A stretch of 64,000 bases of DNA from an uncultured Acidobacteriota bacterium. GTDB taxonomy: Bacteria; Acidobacteriota; Vicinamibacteria; Fen-336. The notes below the pieces were generated by a model. It saw only the letters and a list, made by a program, of their open reading frames with translations, made no database searches and was not told where the DNA came from. The position numbers were made by a program, and so were the translations under genes. Below, in pieces: positions 54,434 through 64,000 of the stretch. Within the stretch, counting starts at the first letter, position 1, and each line of letters opens with the position of its first letter. The stretch is from contig CAVPGH010000001.1 in the NCBI GenBank assembly GCA_963703985.1, forward strand, positions 3,051,338-3,115,337. The letters are read 5' to 3'.

Positions 54434-55135
54434 ATGAAGAAAGCCAGCGTGGCGTTCCTGTCCGTGTCTCTCTTGGTGTTCCTGGTGTCGCGCCCGGCGG
54501 GCGCCCAGGACGCCGCCCTTCAACAGAAAGCGGCCGCGGCCAAGCAGGCGGCGGCCCGGAACCAGCAGGCCCTCCGCACCTACTCCTGGCTGGAGCAGAC
54601 CCAGCTCAGCTTGAAGGGCGAGGTCAAGAACACGAAGGTCGAGCAGTGCCAGTACGGCCCGGACGGCAAGGTCATGAAGACCGAGCTGTCGGCGCCCCCC
54701 CCGGAACAGCACCAGCGGGGGCTGAAGGGGAGGGTCATCGAGAAGAAGAAGGAGGAGATGAAGGAGGAGATGGCGAGCGCCACCGCTCTCATCAAGACCT
54801 ACGTCCCCCCCACGCCCGACAAGATCCAGGCCGCGGTCAGCGCGGGCAAGATCGCCCTGTCGCCGGCCGGCCCCGGCGTGGTCGCGATCAAGTTCTCGGA
54901 CTACAACCTGCCTGGCGACTCCATGATCCTCACCTTCGAGTCCGAGGTGAAGTCGCTCCGCAAGATCAACGTGAACACCTACCTCGACGACCCCTCGAAC
55001 CCCGTGACGCTCGAGGTCGATCTCCAGACGTTGCCGGACGGGACGAACTACCCGGCCATCGAGAGTCTCAGCCTCCCGGGCAAGGAGATCGACGTGAGGA
55101 TCCAGAATAGCAACTACCAGAAGGTCGGAAACTAG
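54434..55135 (+). CDS. Secreted hypothetical protein
   Basis: This is ORF 54269..55135 taken from the ATG at 54434. It has a signal peptide (MKKASVAFLSVSLLVFLVSRPAGAQ). A Lys/Glu-rich helix (KKKEEMKEEM) separates two beta-rich halves. I recognise no family. Confidence 0.55.
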   Translation: MKKASVAFLSVSLLVFLVSRPAGAQDAALQQKAAAAKQAAARNQQALRTYSWLEQTQLSLKGEVKNTKVEQCQYGPDGKVMKTELSAPPPEQHQRGLKGRVIEKKKEEMKEEMASATALIKTYVPPTPDKIQAAVSAGKIALSPAGPGVVAIKFSDYNLPGDSMILTFESEVKSLRKINVNTYLDDPSNPVTLEVDLQTLPDGTNYPAIESLSLPGKEIDVRIQNSNYQKVGN

Positions 55136-55215
55136 GGTTTCACGAGGGCGGGCACCGGGTTCGGGATCCCGGCCGCTCCGGTCGACGGGCCGCCAGGGAA
55201 AGGAAGGGACCAAGC

Positions 55216-56061
55216 ATGCGTAATCAAGTCCAGGGTGTGGTGTGGACGGTGGTGGGGCTCGCGCTGTCGTTGCCGTCGGCCAGCCGTGCGCAGGAGCACC
55301 CGGCGGCTCCCGCCCCCGCCGGGCACAGCGACGCCGAGCTCGCCAAGAAGCTGGCGAATCCCATATCCGACCTCGTGAGCGTGCCCTTCCAGTTCAATTG
55401 GTCGCAAGGCGTGGGACCCGACGACCAGACCCAGTTCCTCCTCAACGTCCAGCCCGTGATGCCGTTCACGCTGAGCAAGGACCTGAACCTCATCATGCGG
55501 GTGATCGTGCCCTTCTTGAGCCAGCCTCCGCTCTTCGAAGGCGGGACCTCGGCCTTCGGGGTGTCCGACATCCTGACCTCGTTCTTCTTCTCGCCGAGCA
55601 AGCTGGTGAAGGGTTTCACGCTGGGGGTGGGGCCCGTCATCAGCCTCCCCTCCACGACCCAGCCCACGCTGGGAACGGAGAAGTGGAGCGCGGGCCCCAC
55701 GTTCGTCGTGCTGAAGCAATCCGGCCCCTGGACCGTGGGGATGCTCTGGAACCAGGTCTGGTCCTTCGCCGGCAACGAGAACCGACAGGACGTGAGCCAG
55801 ATGTTCGTCCAGCCGTTTCTCGCCTACAACACCAAGACCCTGTGGACGATCACCCTCCAGTCCGAGACGACCGCCAACTGGAAGGCCGAGGATGACAAAT
55901 GGACGGTGCCCATCAACCTGCTCTTCGCCAAGCTCTCGTCGTTCGGTCCTTTTCCCGCCAGCTACCAGTTCGGCGCCGGGGTGTTCGCCGCCCATCCCGA
56001 TACGGGGCCGAAGTGGAAGATCCGGGCGGCCATCGTGATCCTGCTTCCCCGGAGGAAGTAG
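55216..56061 (+). CDS. Outer-membrane beta-barrel transporter-like protein (LANPxxDLxSVPFQ family)
   Basis: ORF 55216..56061 has a signal peptide ending in SRAQE. The N-terminal motif ELAKKLANPISDLVSVPFQFNW, together with QPVMPF, GVSDIL and VGPVISLPSTTQPTLGTEKWSAGP, recalls the uncharacterised OM transporter family related to MetA-pathway/phenol-degradation-type barrels. The family assignment is from memory only. Confidence 0.5.
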   Translation: MRNQVQGVVWTVVGLALSLPSASRAQEHPAAPAPAGHSDAELAKKLANPISDLVSVPFQFNWSQGVGPDDQTQFLLNVQPVMPFTLSKDLNLIMRVIVPFLSQPPLFEGGTSAFGVSDILTSFFFSPSKLVKGFTLGVGPVISLPSTTQPTLGTEKWSAGPTFVVLKQSGPWTVGMLWNQVWSFAGNENRQDVSQMFVQPFLAYNTKTLWTITLQSETTANWKAEDDKWTVPINLLFAKLSSFGPFPASYQFGAGVFAAHPDTGPKWKIRAAIVILLPRRK

Positions 56062-56093
56062 GGGCGGCGTCAACGCCTTCGGGCTGATCCTGA

Positions 56094-58265
<2,172 letters not shown>

Positions 58266-58327
58266 CGGTCACGTGACGGGCGAGAACAAGCGCCCCCGGC
58301 GCGTTATCCTCGGGCGGAGGGCCTGAC

Positions 58328-61276
58328 ATGCGCGCGGGCGGCCGGCCGAGCTACCTGCGGGACTTCCACGACCTGATGCGGTATCGCATCATGGACATCC
58401 TGCTCGTGGCCAGCCCCTACGACGCCTTCCTGCTCGAAGAGGCGGGCCAGCTCTCCGAGCGCGTGCTCGGCGAGTTCCGGAACCTCGACCTCCACTACGG
58501 CCCGGGCATCACGACCGTGTCCACGGGGGCCGAGGCCCTGGCCCAGGCCCGGGCCGAGCGCCGGTTCGACCTCGTCATCAGCACGCTCCAGCTCCGGGAC
58601 ATGACGGGCGCGGAGCTGGCGCAGCGGGTCCGGGAGGCCGGCCTCGACATTCCCGTCGTGCTCCTCGCCTTCGACACCCGCGAGCTCAAGGACTTCCTGG
58701 CCCGTCGCGACGTCTCCGCGGTGGAGCGGGTCTTCCTCTGGCAGGGCGACGCCCGGATCCTCCTGGGCATCGTCAAGTCCGTGGAGGACTGGCGCAACGT
58801 GGCCCACGACACGCAGACGCTGGGCGTCCAGGTGATCCTGCTCGTCGAGGACAGCGTCCGCTACTACTCCTCGTTCCTGCCCGCGATCTACGCCGAGCTC
58901 CTCCAGCACTCCCAGCGCCTGATCCACGATGGGGCCAACCTGTCCGCAGAAGATCACGCGGATGCGGGCGCGGCCCAAGATCCTGCTCTGCAGCTCCTTC
59001 GAGGAGGCGTGGGCGGCCTTCGACCGGTACCAGGAGCACCTCCTGGGGATCGATCTCCGACGTGGAGTTCCCGAAGGAGGGGCGATGGTCCGCGAAGGCG
59101 GGGCTGGAGCTCGCCCGCCGAGGTCCGGGAGCGTTGGCCCGACGTTCCCGTGATCCTGCAGTCCTCGCGCCCGGAGAACGCCGCCCTCGCCCGGGCCGCG
59201 GGGGCGGACTTCCTCCTCAAGGGCTCGCCGCGGCTGCTCGGCGACCTCCGCCGCTTCATGCTCGCGGACTTCGGCTTCGGCGACTTCGTGTTCCGCCTCC
59301 CCGACGGGACCGAGGTGGGGCGCGCCCAGGACCTGAAGGGCCTCGAGGAACAGCTCCGCACCGTGCCCGCGGAGAGCGTCGCCTACCACGGGGCGCGCAA
59401 CCACTTCTCGCGCTGGCTCAAGGCCCGAACCGAGTTCGCCCTCGCCCACGAGCTCCGGCCGCGCAAGGCCTCGGACGTTCGCCTCCGCGGAGGACCTGCG
59501 CCGGAGCATCGTCGGATTCCCTGGACGGTTACCGGCGGGCGCGGGCGCGGGCGGTGGTGGCCGACTTCGAACCGCGACGACTTCGATGCCAGCGCGCGGC
59601 TTCTACCGCCTCGGCGGCGGCTCCCTGGGCGGAAAGGCCCGCGGCCTCGCCTTCCTGCGCCAGCTTCTCGCCGAGAGCGGCCTCGACCGCGAGCTGCCCG
59701 GGGTGGATGTGGAAGTGCCCCCCTCCGTGGTGGTGGGCACCGACGTGTTCGACTCCTTCCTCGACGAGCAACGATCTCCGCGAGTTCGCCATCGACGCCG
59801 CGGACGACGAGGAGGTCGAGCGTCGCTTTCTCGCCGCCCGTTTCCCCGAAGAAGCGGAGCGCGAGCTGCTCGCCGTGCTCGAGCACTTCCGCGAGCCGCT
59901 GGCGGTGCGATCCTCGAGCCTCCTCGAGGACTCGCAGTACCAGCCGTTCGCGGGCGTCTACTCAGACCCTGCATGCTGCCGAACAACGCCGACCGGAGCG
60001 GGGACCGGCTCTCGCCGGCTGGTCAAGGCGATCAAGCGCGTCTATGCCTCGACCTTCTCGCGCCGGGCCAAGGCCTACATCCGCGCCACGCCCTACCGGC
60101 TGGAGGAGGAGAAGATGGCCGTGATCCTCCAGCGGCTGGTGGGATCCGCGCGGGGCGAGCGCTTCTACCCGGACTTCGCGGGTGTCGCGCGCTCCTGGAA
60201 CTTCTATCCGCATCCGCCCCAGGCGCGCGCGGACGGGATCGCCGCCGTGGCCCTGGGCCTGGGGCGGACCGTGGTCGAGGAAGGGGGCGGCCTGCGCTTC
60301 TGCTCCTCGCTACCCGCGGCACCTGGTGGATTTCTCGACCCCCCGCGACCTCCTGAGGAGCACGCAACGCACCTTCTGGGCCCTCTCCCTCCGGGGGACG
60401 GAGACGATCGACGACGACAGCCTGGTCCGCTGCGATCTGTCCGCCGCGGAGGCGGACGGTACCCTGGCCGCGGTCGCTTCCACCTACTCTCCGGAGAACG
60501 ACACCGTCCACGACGGCCTCTCGCGGCCGGGGCTGCGGGTCGTGACCTTCGCCCCGGTGCTCAAGCAGGGCCTCTTCCCCCTTCCGGAGATCCTCGACCG
60601 CCTCCTCGAGCTCGGGACCTTCGGCATGGGGGCGGCCGTGGAGATCGAGTTCGCCGTCAACCTCGCGGTCCCGGCGGGCGCCCCGAAGCAGTTCGGCTTC
60701 CTGCAGGTCCGGCCCCTGGCTCCTTCGCGCGAAGCCGAGGAGCTGACGATCGAGGCCCTGTCCCCGGAAGCCCTCGTCTGCCGCAGCGATACCGTCCTCG
60801 GCCACGGCCGTATCGAGGACATCCGCGACGTGGTCGTGGTGGACCGGCAACGGTTCGACCGCGCCCGGAGCCCGGAGACTGCGCGGGAGCTCGCGGAGCT
60901 CAACGCCGAGCTCAGCTCCCAGGGGACGCCCTACCTGCTCATCGGGGTGGGCCGACTGGGGTCGGCCGACCCCTGGCTCGGCATCCCCGTGAACTGGGAG
61001 CAGATATCGGGAGCGCGGGTCATCGTGGAGACCGGCCTCCGCGACCTCCGCGTCTCCCCATCGCAGGGGAGCCACTTCTTCCAGAGCCTCACGTCCTTCA
61101 GCGTCGGCTACTTCACCGTAAACCCCGATGCGGGGGAGGGTCTTCTCGATTGGGACTGGCTCGCCCTCCAGCGGGCCCGCAAGGAGACGGGCGCCGTCCG
61201 CCATCTCCGCTTCGACCGGCCGCTCGTCGTGACCATCAACGGGAGGACGAACCAGGGCGTCATCGCCAAGCCCTGA
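58328..61276 (+). pseudogene. Receiver-receiver-PEP/pyruvate-binding (PPDK_N-like) domain protein, about nine +1 frameshifts as assembled
   Basis: I joined segments from ORFs 58328.., 58929.., 59062.., 59586.. and 60182..61276.
- The first receiver-like domain has Thr at the acceptor position (DLVISTLQLRDMTG).
- The second receiver retains Asp (LLGI-ISDVEFPKEG).
- These are followed by FYRLGGGSLGGKARGLAFL, LAVRSSSLLEDSQYQPFAGVY, LVKAIKRVYASTFSRRAKAYI and EEEKMAVILQRLVG.
- The C-terminal module is intact: YLLIGVGRLGSADPWLGIPV...SPSQGSHFFQSL.
The frame changes are at about 58946, 59052, 59122, 59477, 59514, 59572, 59600, 59769 and 60304. Confidence 0.65.
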
Positions 61277-61581
61277 CGTATCCCGTCCCTCCCGAGACCG
61301 CCGCACAGTTTTCACCGGCTTCGCCCGCTGCCGCAGCGTTTTCTGCGACGCCGGCACACGGGTCCGGTCGCCGCCGGTCAGCCCATCGCCCGCGAGGGTC
61401 CGTGACGTGGCGGATGGATGGCCCGCGTCGTGCATGGAAGCCGCCATAGGCGGGACGCATGGCGATCGAGGATCGAACCCCGCGAAACCACCCATCGGAT
61501 CGATCCGCACGAGCGGGGCGAATGCGACCTCGTCTCCGCTTGGCGCTGCCGGAAGGGCCGCCTTCCGAACGGGGGTCCGTC

Positions 61582-63102
61582 ATGAAGCACTTCCGAGAGA
61601 GCATCCGTCGCCTGATCGTGGAGACGTCGACGAACCTCGCGCCCGACGTACGCCGCGCACTCAAGACGGCGCTCGAGCAAGAGGCTCCCCAGGGACGCTC
61701 GGCCCTGGCCTTGAGGATGATCGCCCTCAACGTCGACCTCGCCGCCGAGCGCCGGGGCCCGATCTGCCAGGACACGGGCCTCCCCCTGTTCGAGGTGAAG
61801 ACGCCGATCGGGGCCGATCAACTGGCGCTCTCGGAAGTGATCGGGGAGGCGGTGGCGGAAGCGACGCGGGAAGGGATGCTCAGACCCAACTCCGTCGACC
61901 CCCTCACCGCGGTGAACAGCGGAGACAACCGGGGACCGGGGACGCCGCTCGTTCATTTCGAGGAGTGGCTGTCCGACGACGTGGAGGTGCGGCTGCTCCT
62001 GAAGGGCGGCGGCTGCGAGAACGTGAGCACGCAATACGCCCTTCCCTGCGACCTCCCCGGCCTCGGGCGCGCCGATCGCGATTTGGAGGGCGCGCGAAAG
62101 TGCGTGCTCCACGCCGTGCACCAGGCGCAGGGGCGCGGCTGCAGCGTGGGGATCCTGGGCGTGGCCGTCGGAGGCGATCGGGCCTCCGGTTACGAGCTGG
62201 CCAAGGAGCAGCTCTTCCGGCCGCTCGACGACGTGCCTCCGGACGCCAGGGTGGCCCGCCTCGAGCGCAAGATCGTCGAGGAGGCGAACACGCTCGGGAT
62301 CGGCACCATGGGCTTCGGGGGGATGGTCACGCTGGTCGCCTGCAAGGTGGGGATCTCCAACCGCCTGCCCGCGAGCTACTTCGTGACCGTCTCCTACAAC
62401 TGCTGGGCGCTGCGACGTCTCGGCGTCGTCCTGGACGGGACGACCGGCGAGATCAAGCGCTGGCTCTACCGGGAGCACCCGGCCCCCCGGATCGCCCCCG
62501 ACCCGAGCCTGCCTCTCACCGGCCGCGAGATACGCCTGGCCACGCCCCTCTCCGAGTCCGAGGTTCGCGCCCTGAAGGTGGGCGACGTCGTGCTCCTGAG
62601 CGGTGTCATCCACACGGGGCGTGACGCCCTCCACCACTACCTGCTGACCCACGAGCCGCCGGTCAGCCTAGAGGGCGCCGCCCTCTTCCACTGCGGTCCG
62701 GTGGCCCTGAAGAAGGACGGCCAGTGGGTGGTCACCGCCGCGGGGCCCACCACGAGCATCCGCGAGGAGCCCTACGAGGCCGAGATCCTGCGGAGCTTCG
62801 GCGTGCGCGCGGTGATCGGCAAGGGGGGGATGGGCAGCCGGACGCTCGCCGCCCTCCAGGAGTGCGGGGCGGTCTACCTCAGCGCCATCGGCGGCGCGGC
62901 CCAGTTCTACGCCGATTGCATCGAAAGGGTCGAGGGTGTCCACCTGCTCGCGCTCGGACCGCCCGAGGCCATGTGGCATCTCCGGGTCCGTGACTTCCCG
63001 GCGGTCGTCACCATGGACGCCCACGGGGCGAGCCTCCACGACACGGTCGAGCGCTCATCCGCAGCCGCCCTCACGCACCTGGCCGGCGCGGTGGGTGCCT
63101 GA
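61582..63102 (+). CDS. Class I (Fe-S) fumarate hydratase / tartrate dehydratase-type hydro-lyase, fused alpha-beta
   Basis: This is ORF 61459..63102 taken from the ATG at 61582 (MKHFRESIRRL). Motifs: PICQDTGLPLF, LLLKGGGCENVS, GIGTMGFGG. The beta-domain has HTGRDALHH and GPTTSIREEPY...IGKGGMG. Confidence 0.8.
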   Translation: MKHFRESIRRLIVETSTNLAPDVRRALKTALEQEAPQGRSALALRMIALNVDLAAERRGPICQDTGLPLFEVKTPIGADQLALSEVIGEAVAEATREGMLRPNSVDPLTAVNSGDNRGPGTPLVHFEEWLSDDVEVRLLLKGGGCENVSTQYALPCDLPGLGRADRDLEGARKCVLHAVHQAQGRGCSVGILGVAVGGDRASGYELAKEQLFRPLDDVPPDARVARLERKIVEEANTLGIGTMGFGGMVTLVACKVGISNRLPASYFVTVSYNCWALRRLGVVLDGTTGEIKRWLYREHPAPRIAPDPSLPLTGREIRLATPLSESEVRALKVGDVVLLSGVIHTGRDALHHYLLTHEPPVSLEGAALFHCGPVALKKDGQWVVTAAGPTTSIREEPYEAEILRSFGVRAVIGKGGMGSRTLAALQECGAVYLSAIGGAAQFYADCIERVEGVHLLALGPPEAMWHLRVRDFPAVVTMDAHGASLHDTVERSSAAALTHLAGAVGA

Positions 63103-63104
63103 CC

Positions 63105-64000
63105 ATGGTCTTTTCCCTGGGGCCGCGACGCGGGGTCTACGCGGAGGTCGGACCCCTGCTGCCCGCGGGCCCCCCGGCGCTCTCGAGCGAGGAGCGCGAT
63201 TCCTTCGAGCTGCTGGACCTCCTGTACCGCGCGCTGTGCGCGATCCTCTACAACTACGTCCCCACCTCCGGCCACCCGGGGGGCTCGATCTCGTCGGGAC
63301 GGATCGTGGCGGGGATCCTCTTCGACGCCCTCGACTACGACTTCTCGCGCCCGGATCGCGAGGACGCGGACGTGCTCTGCTACGCGGCCGGCCACAAGGC
63401 CATGGGCCTCTACGCGATGTGGGCGCTGCGGGACGAGATCGCGCGCCTGGGCACGCCCGAGCTGGTGCCCGACGCGCGCCAGCGCCTGCGGCTCGAGGAT
63501 CTCCTCGGCTTCCGGCGCAACCCGGTGACGCGCACGCCGCTCTTCCTGGGCACGCGGGCCAAGCCGCTCGACGGGCATCCCACCCCCGCCACGCCGTTCG
63601 TGATGCTGGCCACGGGCGCGTCGGGAGTGGGGGTGGCCAGCTCGATCGGCTTCGCCCTCGGCGCTCGGGACTACTACGGGCCGAACGCCCCGCGCGTGCA
63701 CGTCCTGGAAGGCGAGGGAGGCTTGACGCCGGGACGGGTCTCGGAGGCACTGGCCGCCGCGGGCACCGCGTCGCTCGACAACGTGGTCCTGCACGTCGAC
63801 TGGAACCAGGCCTCGATCGACACCGACCACGTCTGTCGGGAGGGGGAGCGCCCGGGCGACTACGTCCAGTGGACCCCGTCCGAGCTGTTCTACCTGCACG
63901 ACTGGAACGTCGTCCTCGTGTCCGACGGGATGGACTTCGACCAGGTGATCCGGGCCCAGCGCCTGGCCGCCGGCCTCCAGACGGGGCAGCCCACCGCCAT
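63105..64000 (+). CDS. Transketolase-family thiamine-diphosphate enzyme, N-terminal part (runs off the right edge)
   Basis: I translated from the ATG at 63105: MVFSLGPRRG...TSGHPGGSISSGRIVAGILF...AAGHKAMGLYAMWAL...LDGHPTP...LATGASGVGVASSIGFALG...HVLEGEGGLTPGRVSEAL...NVVLHVDWNQASID. It is not in the ORF track because no stop falls within the window. Confidence 0.7.
   Translation, partial: MVFSLGPRRGVYAEVGPLLPAGPPALSSEERDSFELLDLLYRALCAILYNYVPTSGHPGGSISSGRIVAGILFDALDYDFSRPDREDADVLCYAAGHKAMGLYAMWALRDEIARLGTPELVPDARQRLRLEDLLGFRRNPVTRTPLFLGTRAKPLDGHPTPATPFVMLATGASGVGVASSIGFALGARDYYGPNAPRVHVLEGEGGLTPGRVSEALAAAGTASLDNVVLHVDWNQASIDTDHVCREGERPGDYVQWTPSELFYLHDWNVVLVSDGMDFDQVIRAQRLAAGLQTGQPTA

Noticed and set aside
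59962-60015. A possible compensated pair of frameshifts (-1 then +1) that would give ...GVY-x-LMLPNNADRSGDRLS-RLVKAIK.
   Set aside because: The uninterrupted frame (YSDPACCRTTPTGAGTGSRRLVKAIK) is also open across this stretch. I cannot decide between the two readings without homologues, so it is not counted among the frameshifts.
61277-61581. A 305-nt gap before the fumarase gene, containing a small hairpin (CGGAAGGgccgCCTTCCG at about 61549). I considered it as a riboswitch or sRNA.
   Set aside because: I see no recognisable riboswitch consensus and nothing to suggest conservation. The ORF-track extension of the fumarase ORF into this gap (from 61459) has junk composition. I leave it unassigned.

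Overview
This is a 64-kb stretch of ordinary chromosome from a very GC-rich bacterium. Third codon positions are almost always G or C, so long spurious ORFs appear in nearly every frame. I support about 52 protein-coding genes. I found no rRNA, tRNA, CRISPR array, transposase, integrase or phage gene. The gene content suggests an Acidobacteriota-, Myxococcota- or Gemmatimonadota-like soil organism; that is inference only.

Gene content, left to right:
- A lolA-like gene coupled to a secretin gene.
- A peptidoglycan-recycling cluster: GHL10, a NagZ fusion to an AmiE-like beta-lactamase-fold domain, and a DUF1343/NamZ-like gene.
- A sodium:solute symporter operon ending in a short GntR regulator that has an AT-rich palindromic operator.
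- A GAF-GspE/PilB-type ATPase followed by two unknown secreted proteins.
- Housekeeping genes, including hrpB, a cysteine-desulfurase-like gene, an M1 aminopeptidase, gdhA, a class I fumarase and a transketolase-like gene.
- An orphan ParA next to a proline-rich Roadblock-like protein.
- A propeller-type sensor kinase flanked by two response regulators.
- A roughly 10-kb run of signal-peptide proteins of unknown function at 45.4-56 kb.

Three observations stand out:
1. A 14-nt box, CAGTTTYCGGATAG, occurs four times. Each copy sits in an identical 35-nt register to a TAnnnT hexamer, upstream of four unrelated secreted-protein genes. This looks like a candidate regulon.
2. About 24 single-base +1 frame disruptions sit in otherwise well-conserved genes. 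They cluster at 50.2-52.8 kb and 57.5-60.3 kb, while the flanking genes are intact. A local consensus error is the most likely cause, with real pseudogenisation the alternative.
3. The GAF-GspE ATPase is translationally linked to an 859-aa secreted protein with no domain I recognise.

All functional calls come from reading the translated ORFs and recognising motifs. No database search was run.
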